From assembly GCA_045602215.1 (NCBI GenBank), contig JAZSBE010000072.1, positions 1,390 to 65,389 of the forward strand: a stretch of 64,000 bases of DNA, read 5' to 3'. Numbering within the stretch: the first letter of the stretch is position 1; every line of letters begins with the position of its first letter. This document shows, piece by piece, positions 16,565 to 26,114 of this stretch. Under the pieces are notes generated by a model. The model searched no databases. It saw only the letters and a list, made by a program, of their open reading frames with translations, and was not told the origin of the DNA. The position numbers and the translations under genes are program-made. Source of the DNA: Eubacteriales bacterium (GTDB lineage: Bacteria > Bacillota > Clostridia > Oscillospirales > CAG-272).

Positions 16565-19248
16565 TTTTGTACGACCTCCTTTACCTTCTTTTTGAGGAAG
16601 AAGTTCTTAATATCCTTCCATCTTGTTTTTCTGATGAACACGTCTGCCACGAACAACGCCACCGCCGCAATCAGAAGCGGGATGCGCAGGCTGTACTCGT
16701 AAGTCGCCACGGTGTTCATGTCAAGCGTCATATCCACGTTTCCATCGGTATAAACGCCACCACGGTTACGCATGAAATCATGCACGTTTGTAATATCAAA
16801 GACCTCAAACGCATCGTATTCGGGATAGTACGACACGTCAAAATAGGTTTTTGACGTGAAGGAATGCGTGCCGTAGGAATAGGTGATCTCGATCTGATAC
16901 TGGCCGATCTCAGCGGTCTTGAAGGTCGTGAAATAGCGGTTCAGATCAAAGGTCAGATTCTTCTCGGTCACCTTGCCTGAGGGCGTGGTGATCCTGATCG
17001 CCGCTACGGCGCGGGGATTGAGGTGCGAGGGCAGGATCTCTACCGTCGAGTTGTCCCCTTGGTAGTCAATGACAACGTCATAGGGGTAGTCGATCCGCTC
17101 CTTGGGCGTATTGGTAACAAGCACGTTCTCAAAGAACTGTCTCGTCTCTGTGTTGCTCCATTCTTCCAGCCAATCGCCGCTGAGCTTACTGGTAAAGGTC
17201 GCAATGCGGCCGTTTCCGTGGTCTCGGTAAGCATACAACGGAACTTGAACCACCGTATCGTTGTTTTTCTGATAATCGACCGACAGAACCGTCGTAGCGT
17301 CTGCCTTTGCCTTGCTGTTCAGATATCCGCCGACGTCCGACAGAGAGAGGATCCCCGACAGAACGTCATCGCGGAAGGTAACGATATTGACGGCAGTCTG
17401 CTTCTCGATCACCGACTCGGTGAGCTCGTCCGCAATGGTGGCAAACACGAGATCCGAAACCTCCTCGGCACGGCTGAGCGAATAGTGAACGCCGCCGCCC
17501 GCCTGCGCGATCGCGGAAAGTCCCGACGAGGGGCTGATCACGCTGATGGCGGAAACGGTGATGCCGTCTGCGCGCATATTGCGCGCGATCTCCACCGCGT
17601 CCTCGTTTTCGTGGCTATAGGAAAGACCGTCACTGATGATCATAACCTGGCTTTCACCAAAGGAAAGATCCTTGATGTTGGAATATGCTTCCTTGAGCGC
17701 CGCGCCGATCAGCGTTCCCTGATAAGGCGTTTCCCGCTGAATTTCGCTGTAAAGCCACTGACGGTAGGTCGTTCCCGGCTCCACGTCATCAAAAGGCACG
17801 ATGTCGCCAAGCTTCATGGGCTTCCAGCCCTCCTCCACCAGCACCGTTCCCGCAAAGGGCACGTAGATGACGCTGTCGGTGTCAGACAGGAGCGACAACA
17901 GCTTGATCGCCGCATCCTTTGCAATGATCAGCTGGGAGGTATCGTTCATGCTTCGTGACACGTCCAGGACGATGGTGTAAAGCTTTTCGTCCTTGTTGGC
18001 GTTGCCAAAGCTGACGGGAAGCAGCTCCTCCAGCTTTTTGAACACCTCGTGGTCCTTGTTCTGCATCGAGAGGTCGCCGAGCGTGATCAGGCTCTTGCCA
18101 AATCTCGAAACGACGATGTCCACCGAATCCACGAACGCGCTGATGTTGTTGACCTCTCGCACGTCCACGTCCGAAAGGATGATCTCATCGTATTGAGAAA
18201 GCGCCTCAACGGTATAGGGAATGTCCTTGTTTCTGCCGTTAATCACGTAGGCGTCTATTTCGGTGCTGTCCTGATACAACGTCTTCATCATGTCAACGTC
18301 GGACTGCTTTCCCGTAACCAGCAGCACCCGTCTCATACCCGAAACGGTCTGCGTAAAGGTATAGGTATTGTTCTTGTCGGAAAAATCCTCGGACGCGCTG
18401 ATCTCTACCTTATAATCAAAGGTTCCCGACACGTCGGTGGGAAGCGCGAACTTGACGATGTTGATTCCCTGCTCCGCCACCGCAACGGTGGTGTCGAGCT
18501 TTTTGTACTCGGTCTCATTGCTGAGCTTGGAATAGAGATCAATGATGACGTCGCTCTGTGCGCTTGCCTCCAGCAAAAGCTTGAGCTCGGTCTCGTGTCC
18601 GAGATAGGTAGAGCTCGTGTATTCGGCGTCGGAGATCTGAACCTCCTTGTCAGCCGAGGAAAGATTGCTGTTGACGTAAATGGTGTCAAGCTTGATATCC
18701 AGAGACTTCATACGCTCGATCGCGGATATCGTGTCTCCGCCCGAAACGTTATCACAGCCGTCGGTAATCAGCACGATGCGTCTCAATTCACCCTCGCTGA
18801 AGATGGTCGAGGTATAGTCGAGTGCCGCGGCAATATCGGTGCCGCTCGCATCGACCGCTGCCTCCCTGACGCTCTTGATCTCTCCACCCGACGGGGTGAG
18901 GATCACGTTGTCTCTGCCAAAGCAGACGATGCCAAGCTTTGAATTTTGAGGTGCCGACTCGTAAATCTGCTGAATGTAGCCGTCGATCTCGTCAAAATTG
19001 CGGCTCATGGAGTCGGACACGTCCACCACAACGTAGATCTTGGTTCTCGTCATCACGGTGGTGTGCGTGGGATCAGCCGCTCCCAGCACCGCGCACACGA
19101 TGATCACCAGATGGATCACGAGAGACGCGATCCACCCTCGGCTTCTGTTGTCCTTGTTGATCGAGATGAAAAACGGGACGAGCAGTGCAATCACGAGGGG
19201 GATTGCCGCCAAAAGCCAATACGGATTATCGAAGCTGATATTTTTCAT
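16561..19248 (-). CDS. membrane-anchored protein with BatA-like N-terminus and two VWA domains
   Basis: 895 aa. Two N-terminal TM helices, MIDAS motifs VVVDVSDSMS and IVLDVSRSMN, one C-terminal TM helix. Confidence 0.8.
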   Translation of the reverse strand: MKNISFDNPYWLLAAIPLVIALLVPFFISINKDNRSRGWIASLVIHLVIIVCAVLGAADPTHTTVMTRTKIYVVVDVSDSMSRNFDEIDGYIQQIYESAPQNSKLGIVCFGRDNVILTPSGGEIKSVREAAVDASGTDIAAALDYTSTIFSEGELRRIVLITDGCDNVSGGDTISAIERMKSLDIKLDTIYVNSNLSSADKEVQISDAEYTSSTYLGHETELKLLLEASAQSDVIIDLYSKLSNETEYKKLDTTVAVAEQGINIVKFALPTDVSGTFDYKVEISASEDFSDKNNTYTFTQTVSGMRRVLLVTGKQSDVDMMKTLYQDSTEIDAYVINGRNKDIPYTVEALSQYDEIILSDVDVREVNNISAFVDSVDIVVSRFGKSLITLGDLSMQNKDHEVFKKLEELLPVSFGNANKDEKLYTIVLDVSRSMNDTSQLIIAKDAAIKLLSLLSDTDSVIYVPFAGTVLVEEGWKPMKLGDIVPFDDVEPGTTYRQWLYSEIQRETPYQGTLIGAALKEAYSNIKDLSFGESQVMIISDGLSYSHENEDAVEIARNMRADGITVSAISVISPSSGLSAIAQAGGGVHYSLSRAEEVSDLVFATIADELTESVIEKQTAVNIVTFRDDVLSGILSLSDVGGYLNSKAKADATTVLSVDYQKNNDTVVQVPLYAYRDHGNGRIATFTSKLSGDWLEEWSNTETRQFFENVLVTNTPKERIDYPYDVVIDYQGDNSTVEILPSHLNPRAVAAIRITTPSGKVTEKNLTFDLNRYFTTFKTAEIGQYQIEITYSYGTHSFTSKTYFDVSYYPEYDAFEVFDITNVHDFMRNRGGVYTDGNVDMTLDMNTVATYEYSLRIPLLIAAVALFVADVFIRKTRWKDIKNFFLKKKVKEVVQK

Positions 19249-21073
19249 AACAGTACACCATCCAATCCGCAGTAAATATAAGCGCGAGGCAAATGAGTAT
19301 CACGATCAAGGGATCGTACTCTCCGTCGCTTCTCTCGTATTGTTGCTCACCCGCAAGTGAGAAGCTCTCCTCTGTCTGCACAGGATTGCTTTCTCCCTCG
19401 GGCGCGTTTGCATATATGCTGTAGGAACGCTCCTCCCCCGAAACCAAAAGCTTCACGGTATAGCTTCCCACACGGTCAAGAGGCAGGATGGCGGGATCGC
19501 TGGAGCAATCAATGTAGATCTCCTCTCCATCGGGCGCGATCGCCTTGACGTTTTTGATGTTCCCCGTCAGATTGATCTCAACGTCCTCACCGCAAACGTA
19601 ATCCGCTCTCTCGATCACGTCGGGACATGAATACTCGAGGAGATTGCCGAGGAGCGCAATGAAATCGGTCGACAGGGAGAAGTCGGTCTTGTGAAGATCA
19701 AATCCGATCACCACCTCACGGTTTCCGAGCGCGTTCACGCCCGCAAAAATGAGGGGATTGGAATCATAGGAGAACAGCGTTGTAAATCTCGTGTACATGC
19801 CGCTGTATTTGACGTATTCCGAAATATAGATGTCATTTCCCGATACGCCCTGCAAAAGCTTCTGCGCCGCAGACGCCGTGGAATTGGATTTCACGATCTT
19901 GTCGGGCATATCCAGCGTCACAACACCTCTTGCGCCGAAGCCCGAATCGTTGACGTTGGCGCCGGAATTGATCAGCCAAACCGCGCTGTCGGGCAGTACC
20001 TCGGGCGTGAAGGAATGGAAGATGCAAAGACCGTAATTTCCCTCTCCCGTATAATCCTTGGGACGGACCGTGTCCACCTTCGCATCGGTCAACACGTCGA
20101 TCGCCGCCTGCAAGAAGAAGGGCGTATCGCTGACGATCAGCACGTTATAGGAGGTCTCGTTCTTCAAGTTGTAAGACACGTATTGATCATCCGCCGCATA
20201 GGAATCCTCACCTGTGAGTGCAATGCGGAAGGAATCGTAGCTCTGCGCGTTACAGCTGACCGCGATCGGATACCGCTCTCCCGCCTTGACGTCAAAGCCT
20301 TCTGTCTTGGCAGGTGTTGATGCGCCGTTGACGTAAAGCTCTACCTCCAGATGGGTATCGGCATCAAAGGAGACGATCTCGGCATTGACCGTCAAAACGC
20401 CACCCAGGAAGGTGCTTGACACGTTGAAAATGCCGCTGTTCCGATCCTTTTGTGAGGACACGTTCACAACCTCAACGTTTTGATGCGACTCCACCGTTTT
20501 GTCGGTAAACAGATAGACGGAAAAGGAAGGATTTTCGTCGAAATAGTCTTGCGCAGAGGCAAGCGCGTCCGCATGATCCGAGCTCTCGTCGGTCGCCTCA
20601 AGCTTCTCGAGCATATCGAGTGCCACGTCCTTGTCGCTGATGCGCTCGTACACCACCGCCGTGTCGCTCGCAGAGGAGATCAACGTAAACGCGCTTCCCA
20701 GCTTTGCGTCCTTGATGATCTCTGCAATCCCGTCCTTCGCGCGCTCGTATCTGCTCTCGCCGTCGCTCTCCATATTCATGCTCGCAGAGCCGTCGATCAC
20801 AAAGCAGTATTCTCCTGCCGAATCGGGAATGGTGATGATCGGTCTTGCGATCGCCAGAGATATGGAAACCACCGCAAGGATCTGCAGGATCAGACTGATC
20901 AGACCCGTCAGACCGCTCAGCGGGTTTCTTCTCTTGAAGAATTTCTCGCTCAACGTCCAGATATAGGTGGACGGAACGGTCTGCTCGTTATATTTGTTTT
21001 TGAGGATGTATATGAGGATGATGATCGGCACACCGATCAGTCCGCACAGACCCAAAGGATATAAAAATCTCAT
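19226..21073 (-). CDS. BatA-like membrane protein with VWA domain
   Basis: 615 aa. N-terminus MRFLYPLGLCGLIGVPIIILIYIL (aerotolerance-regulator N-terminal type), MIDAS FVIDGSASMN, one C-terminal TM helix. 23-nt overlap with the next gene. Confidence 0.75.
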   Translation of the reverse strand: MRFLYPLGLCGLIGVPIIILIYILKNKYNEQTVPSTYIWTLSEKFFKRRNPLSGLTGLISLILQILAVVSISLAIARPIITIPDSAGEYCFVIDGSASMNMESDGESRYERAKDGIAEIIKDAKLGSAFTLISSASDTAVVYERISDKDVALDMLEKLEATDESSDHADALASAQDYFDENPSFSVYLFTDKTVESHQNVEVVNVSSQKDRNSGIFNVSSTFLGGVLTVNAEIVSFDADTHLEVELYVNGASTPAKTEGFDVKAGERYPIAVSCNAQSYDSFRIALTGEDSYAADDQYVSYNLKNETSYNVLIVSDTPFFLQAAIDVLTDAKVDTVRPKDYTGEGNYGLCIFHSFTPEVLPDSAVWLINSGANVNDSGFGARGVVTLDMPDKIVKSNSTASAAQKLLQGVSGNDIYISEYVKYSGMYTRFTTLFSYDSNPLIFAGVNALGNREVVIGFDLHKTDFSLSTDFIALLGNLLEYSCPDVIERADYVCGEDVEINLTGNIKNVKAIAPDGEEIYIDCSSDPAILPLDRVGSYTVKLLVSGEERSYSIYANAPEGESNPVQTEESFSLAGEQQYERSDGEYDPLIVILICLALIFTADWMVYCYEKYQLR

Positions 21074-21957
21074 TTGGTCACCTCCATATCCGAGAGCTTG
21101 CCGAAAAAGACGTCGGCAGGCGACTCGTATGCCGGCACGAGCATATAGACCGCCCCGCGCGATTCGCAGAACAGTCTGATTCTGTCCGTGATGAATTTCA
21201 GCGCTTCCTTATATGCTTTTACCACGTCGTGGTCGATCTTCTTGCGGAAAAATTTATTGCCGTTCTCCGAGTCAAAGAGGTGCATCTTGCCTCGGATCTG
21301 GGGATTGAGCTCCTCGCGCGAGAGGACCTGGATGCAAATGACGTCCCGCTTCTGCTCGCAAAGTCGGTTGATCGCGTCCTCGTAGTTCTCATCCGTGAGA
21401 AAATCCGATATGATGATGGAAAACCCGTCGCCGCGCCCCACGTTGGAGGGCACGATGGCGCGACTGATGCACGCATCTCCCTCAAACTCGATCTCATTGA
21501 GGCGATTGACGCAGTTGAGGTAGGCATCCTTTCCCACCATTCCGGTTACCACATCGTCAATGCGGTCTCCGTGCATGGCGTAAATGGACACTCTGTCCAT
21601 CTCGCAAACCGAAAGATAGGCAAACGCCGCCGCAAGTCTGATCGCCTGCTCGGCCTTCTCGTCATCGGTTCCGTGACCCATAGATCGGCTCGCGTCTATG
21701 TAAATCTTGGTATGCATCTGCCGCTCGTCATAATACAGCTTTTCATAAAGCTTATCAAAGCGCGCATAGGCATTCCAGTCTATTTTCGTCACATCATCAC
21801 CCGGCACGTAATCACGATAATCGGCAAATTCGCAGGAGGATCCCAGATTTTTGCTTCGGCGGTTTCCACCAAGAGAACCTGCAATATTGTTTTTGAGGAT
21901 CGTTTGCAGAGATTCCAGCTCTCCCAAAAACGCCTCATCGATTACCATCTTTTTCAT
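21070..21957 (-). CDS. DUF58 domain protein (MoxR partner)
   Basis: YRDYVPGDDVTKIDWNAYAR motif followed by IYIDASRSM. ATGA overlap with the downstream gene. Confidence 0.8.
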   Translation of the reverse strand: MKKMVIDEAFLGELESLQTILKNNIAGSLGGNRRSKNLGSSCEFADYRDYVPGDDVTKIDWNAYARFDKLYEKLYYDERQMHTKIYIDASRSMGHGTDDEKAEQAIRLAAAFAYLSVCEMDRVSIYAMHGDRIDDVVTGMVGKDAYLNCVNRLNEIEFEGDACISRAIVPSNVGRGDGFSIIISDFLTDENYEDAINRLCEQKRDVICIQVLSREELNPQIRGKMHLFDSENGNKFFRKKIDHDVVKAYKEALKFITDRIRLFCESRGAVYMLVPAYESPADVFFGKLSDMEVTK

Positions 21958-22961
21958 TAGCGGCCCTTCTTAGTTCCTTTTACGATCATTTCGATGACGT
22001 CGTCCGTCTTCAGCTTGTCATTCACCGCGGTGTAGTTGATCTTGATTCTGTGACGGAGCACGGGATATGCGAGCGCGTCGATATCCTCGTATGCTACGTT
22101 GAAGCGTCCGCACATCAGCGCGCGAACCTTGGCTGCGGTAATCAGTGCCTGTGCCGCTCTGGGGGACGCGCCGTATTTGACGTACTTCTTGGCAATTCCG
22201 TTTGCGCCGTCCAACTCGGGATGCGTGCCCGAAACGATGCGAACCGCATAATCAAGAACCTCGTCGATGGCAAGAACGCTCGATGCAAGCGCTCTCATCT
22301 CGAGGATCTCCTCGCCGCTGATGACCGCCTCGGCGGTTTCCTGCATGGTGATCTGCGTCATTTTGACAATGTCGATCAACTCGTCATTTCCGGGGAAGGT
22401 CATGATCAGCTTGAACATAAATCTGTCCATCTGCGCCTCGGGAAGCGGATACGTACCGTCCTGCTCGATGGGGTTTTCGGTCGCAAGCACGAAGAAGGGC
22501 TCAGCGAGCGCATAGGAGGCCTTGCCGATCGTTACCTTGTGCTCCTGCATAACCTCAAGCATTGCCGCCTGCGTTTTGGGGGTTGCACGGTTGATCTCAT
22601 CCGCCAGAACGAGGTTTGCAAAGATCGGGCCCTTGCGGAAAACGGTCTTGAGCTTGCCCGCGTCGTCCTTTTCGATGATGTTCGTACCCGTGATATCCGA
22701 GGGCATCAGGTCGGGGGTGAACTGGATTCTCGAAAAAGGAAGGCTGAGAACTCGTCCCAGAGAACGAACCAGACGCGTCTTACCGACTCCGGGCACACCC
22801 TCAAGCAGAACGTTGCCCCCTGCAACGATGGCAATCACGATGCTGTCGATGATGTCCTTCTGACCTACGACGTCACGCGCCAGCTCATCCTTTACTCTCT
22901 TTATCTTTTCGCTGAAGTCAGCAACTCTTTCACTGATCTCTTTTTCCATCATTTCGCTCAT
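21957..22961 (-). CDS. MoxR-family AAA+ ATPase
   Basis: Walker A GVPGVGKT, Walker B LADEINR, ATPKTQAAMLEVMQE, 334 aa. Confidence 0.9.
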   Translation of the reverse strand: MSEMMEKEISERVADFSEKIKRVKDELARDVVGQKDIIDSIVIAIVAGGNVLLEGVPGVGKTRLVRSLGRVLSLPFSRIQFTPDLMPSDITGTNIIEKDDAGKLKTVFRKGPIFANLVLADEINRATPKTQAAMLEVMQEHKVTIGKASYALAEPFFVLATENPIEQDGTYPLPEAQMDRFMFKLIMTFPGNDELIDIVKMTQITMQETAEAVISGEEILEMRALASSVLAIDEVLDYAVRIVSGTHPELDGANGIAKKYVKYGASPRAAQALITAAKVRALMCGRFNVAYEDIDALAYPVLRHRIKINYTAVNDKLKTDDVIEMIVKGTKKGR

Positions 22962-22963
22962 GT

Positions 22964-24517
22964 TTATTTCTCCTCATCCTTAAATCCGCTGTAAAGCAGC
23001 GCAAAATATTTTTCTATGGCTTTCTTTTGTTCCTCGGTGTATCCGTACTTTTCATCACCGAGCTTTTCGATCATCAAGGTATTGTACCTTGCGTATAGCG
23101 TTCCGTATTCCACGTATTCTCCCGTGAGCGGATCGAGAACCAGATCGTCGCTTCCGTACTGGACGCCCTCGCCGATACCTCCGGAGGTCGGCTTGTTCTT
23201 ATCGTCCTCCTCATCAAGATCCTGATCGCCCTTGTTGATGTCCTCGCCGTTCTTCACGAAATCGGGACGTTCAAATTGGGGGATCGGAACGGAAAACAAC
23301 ATTCCAAGACGCGTCATGGTGTATTCACCCACGTTGGTGTTGATCTTCTGCGTGGAGATGGTGGTGTAAAATTCATCGGTCATTGCCGAAAGCGTGCCGT
23401 CGACCGCCGAGATCAGCGCGTCGCTGTCTGCACTCGCATGGCTCGTGGGGATCGAAGCAAGACCTGCCAGCTCTCCGTCACCGTTGACGAGCTTGTAGAC
23501 CGACGCATAAAGCGGATCGGTCGGCGCGATCTTGGACGCAACCAGCGCGGTATTCGTCTTTCTCGAAAGATTTTCAAGCGTCCAGCGAATGGTGTCGGCG
23601 GGATCGGCCGTCTCGTTCTCCTCATTCTCGGGGGTCGAGCGGGGCTCTTGCTCCTCCTCCGTACCGTCCGAGGCGAGTGATTGACGAAGGGCGTCGTATT
23701 TCTCGGCAAAATCTCCCCAATCGGGATCCTTCCAATGGCTGGTGTTGAGCGCCTTGGCTAGCAGCATGATATTGACGTCGTCGGTATTCCAAAGCTCGTT
23801 GAGGATCTCAGTCATAGAGGAAGAATCGTAAGTATTCCGCGTAATCTCGGTCAACGCCACGGCAAGAGCCGCCTGCATCTCGGGCTCGGTTTTTGCCTCC
23901 TTCAGCGTGGCAAGCAGCTCGGTAAGCGTGCTTGAGATCTTGCTTCTGTACGGCTCCTCCATCTGTGAGGAACCCACGTATCGGATCAGCTCCTCGATTC
24001 CTGCGATCTGCATCTTGGAGATCTCAAATGGGATCACCTCCTCGGGAGGGATGTAGGGCTCTTTTTCGGGGATCAGAATCCCAGCGGTCAGAGTGCCCGC
24101 TCCTATGAGCAGCGCGAGCGCGTAGATCCAAAGTTTCTTTGCCTTCAGCCTGCTTTTTTTGATTTCCGCCAGCGTGCTTTCGGCGTCCGCTCGCTGAAGT
24201 GCCTGCATCTCGCCCTCCTCGTCTCGGAAGGCAACCGCCGTCTGCACCTTTTCGCTGAGCATGAACTTCTCGTCGATCTCACGCGCAAGCCGTTTGTCGG
24301 ATTTCCAAAGCGCAAAAAACACGGTCAGGAAGGCAACGGCTGCAACACCCGCGCCGATGATTATGGACACCGTGGGAGAAAGCGCGACCCACTCGAGCTT
24401 GTCGAGGATCAACGCCCCTCCCGATGCAAGTGCGCCAAACGCCCCTCCTGCAAGGCACGCCTTCAGGCTCCGAAAGCCCCGAAGCCGCTTTTTGAATTTG
24501 TAAAAGTTTTTGTTCAT
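22964..24517 (-). CDS. membrane protein of unknown family, first gene of MoxR operon
   Basis: 517 aa. AAGGAG RBS. Three hydrophobic segments in the first 150 residues, then a long helical/acidic region. 2-nt gap to moxR. Confidence 0.65.
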   Translation of the reverse strand: MNKNFYKFKKRLRGFRSLKACLAGGAFGALASGGALILDKLEWVALSPTVSIIIGAGVAAVAFLTVFFALWKSDKRLAREIDEKFMLSEKVQTAVAFRDEEGEMQALQRADAESTLAEIKKSRLKAKKLWIYALALLIGAGTLTAGILIPEKEPYIPPEEVIPFEISKMQIAGIEELIRYVGSSQMEEPYRSKISSTLTELLATLKEAKTEPEMQAALAVALTEITRNTYDSSSMTEILNELWNTDDVNIMLLAKALNTSHWKDPDWGDFAEKYDALRQSLASDGTEEEQEPRSTPENEENETADPADTIRWTLENLSRKTNTALVASKIAPTDPLYASVYKLVNGDGELAGLASIPTSHASADSDALISAVDGTLSAMTDEFYTTISTQKINTNVGEYTMTRLGMLFSVPIPQFERPDFVKNGEDINKGDQDLDEEDDKNKPTSGGIGEGVQYGSDDLVLDPLTGEYVEYGTLYARYNTLMIEKLGDEKYGYTEEQKKAIEKYFALLYSGFKDEEK

Positions 24518-24550
24518 TTCTACTCCTTGAACAACAAAAAATACATAATT

Positions 24551-24580
24551 ATTATATCATATAAACACGTTCCGTGTCAA
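24551..24580 (-). promoter_or_regulatory. sigma70-type promoter of the MoxR/VWA operon
   Basis: Reverse strand reads TTGACA-18 nt-TATAAT preceded by TG (extended -10). Confidence 0.55.
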
Positions 24581-24684
24581 TGCCTTTCGCGCTTATCTTT
24601 GCAAATTCCCTGCAAATCGAACGAAATCGGACGTTTTATCTTCCTTGCCCCTTGATTTCCGCCGAAAAATTCTCCTCTCATAAA

Positions 24685-24722
24685 AGAACAGTCGCCAAGC
24701 ATACCTGCTCGGCGACTGTTCT
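24685..24722 (-). terminator. Rho-independent terminator after the yjbR-like gene
   Basis: 12-bp stem AGAACAGTCGCC / GGCGACTGTTCT directly after the stop at 24723, followed on the reverse strand by TTTTAT. Confidence 0.65.
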
Positions 24723-25112
24723 TTATCTATTTTGACCGTTTCGCGCACTTCCCTTTTTCGTTCTCCCCGTCGCCTCAAAGCTGACGCCCGCAAGAAAGCG
24801 AACGACCTCCCTCGGCGCGTCGGGCAGGAGCACCGAGATCCAATGCAGCTTGTTCATGTGATAGGCGGGATAGACGCCGTCCGAGGCGCCAAAAGATCCA
24901 AACATCTCGGTCGGGAGCTTAAGATTGACCACGTCGATCACCTCGTCGCTGTCAATACCAAACTTTCGCCTTGATACACGCATCACGATGGCGTACCACT
25001 TGCGGCTGTCCGCGTGTCTGAACACCGCCGTTTCAAAATCCAAGTCAAACGGATAGTCGGGGGAGGTTCCGTTTGTATCAAGGCAATACGCAAAAAATTC
25101 CTCTCTCGTCAT
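24723..25112 (-). CDS. MmcQ/YjbR family DNA-binding protein
   Basis: MTREEFFAYCL...PDYPFD...VFRHADSRKWYAIV...LKLP pattern. Start moved to the ATG at 25112 (AGAGAGGA RBS, ATGA overlap with the SDR stop). Confidence 0.75.
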   Translation of the reverse strand: MTREEFFAYCLDTNGTSPDYPFDLDFETAVFRHADSRKWYAIVMRVSRRKFGIDSDEVIDVVNLKLPTEMFGSFGASDGVYPAYHMNKLHWISVLLPDAPREVVRFLAGVSFEATGRTKKGSARNGQNR

Positions 25113-25936
25113 ACGTCCTCTCTGGTTTCGTCGATTTTCTTGTTCTTCAGCACCTGCTTGATTGCCCGGCACTGCAAGCCCTTTGGCAAGGCGTTGAGCA
25201 AGAGGAGCAAGGGGTTGCGGTTGATGTGGTATGCAAAGCGCGGATGGCGTTTTTTGAGGATACGCGCAACCTTATCCGCGATTTTGGAAGGCTCCACGCT
25301 CCTTGCCTCCACGCGGTTGACGATCGCCTTGAAGCGAGCGGCGTTACAGGAATAGTGCGTGGTCTTCTCACAGAATCGGTCGAGCGCATCGGTGGAAGCA
25401 CCCAGCATCCCCGTTGAAACAGCCCCCGCGCGGAGAACGCTGACCTCGATGCCGAGAAGCTGAAGCTCCATACGCAAGGAATAGGCGTACTTGTCGAGCG
25501 CGCCCTTGGTAACGGCGTAGATACCCGTGAACGGAAGCGGATCGAGGGGCGCGAGCTCGCTGGTGGTGATCACGATCCGAGAGCCCTTCCTCAAAAGGGG
25601 CAGAAAGATCTTGTTCACCAGAAAAACACCGCCGAGGTTGATCTCAAAAATGCGCTCAAAATCGGCATTGTCGATCTCGACCAGCGAATCGAGCAGATAG
25701 ATCCCCGCGAAATGGATGACGGCGACCAGCTCATCGGTCTCGCGGCAAACCACCTCAAACGCGCGTCTGACGCTCTCCTCGCTCGTGATGTCCGCCTCGA
25801 TGGGCAGGATTCCCTCCTCCACGTCTCCGACCTTCCTGTCCAGCGCAAAGACGCGAAATCCCCGATCGCGCAAGGTCTGTGCCGTGGCTCTGCCCATGCC
25901 GCCGTACGCGCCCGTAATCAAAATTGACGGTCTCAT
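25109..25936 (-). CDS. SDR-family oxidoreductase
   Basis: ITGAYGGMGRA (TGxxxGxG) and YAVTK (YxxxK). TTGACT-17-TATAAT lies upstream. Confidence 0.85.
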   Translation of the reverse strand: MRPSILITGAYGGMGRATAQTLRDRGFRVFALDRKVGDVEEGILPIEADITSEESVRRAFEVVCRETDELVAVIHFAGIYLLDSLVEIDNADFERIFEINLGGVFLVNKIFLPLLRKGSRIVITTSELAPLDPLPFTGIYAVTKGALDKYAYSLRMELQLLGIEVSVLRAGAVSTGMLGASTDALDRFCEKTTHYSCNAARFKAIVNRVEARSVEPSKIADKVARILKKRHPRFAYHINRNPLLLLLNALPKGLQCRAIKQVLKNKKIDETREDV

Positions 25937-26020
25937 GTTATCCCATCCTTTTCCTTTTTTACTGCTTACTTTAACACCATTATATCAAAAAAGACGAAAA
26001 AAGTCAACATCCTCCGCCCG

Positions 26021-26063
26021 ACAAAAATCAGAGGCGGGAGCCGCGTCTGCGGCTGCCGCCTCT
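26021..26063 (-). terminator. Rho-independent terminator after the Ig-repeat lipoprotein gene
   Basis: Stem AGAGGCGG...CCGCCTCT with a nested GCCGC..GCGGC stem, followed on the reverse strand by GATTTTTG. Confidence 0.7.
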
Positions 26064-26114
26064 TTTGTTCTTCTGTTTATAAGCCCAAGGACTTACAAAC
26101 CGAATTTCGTTGAT

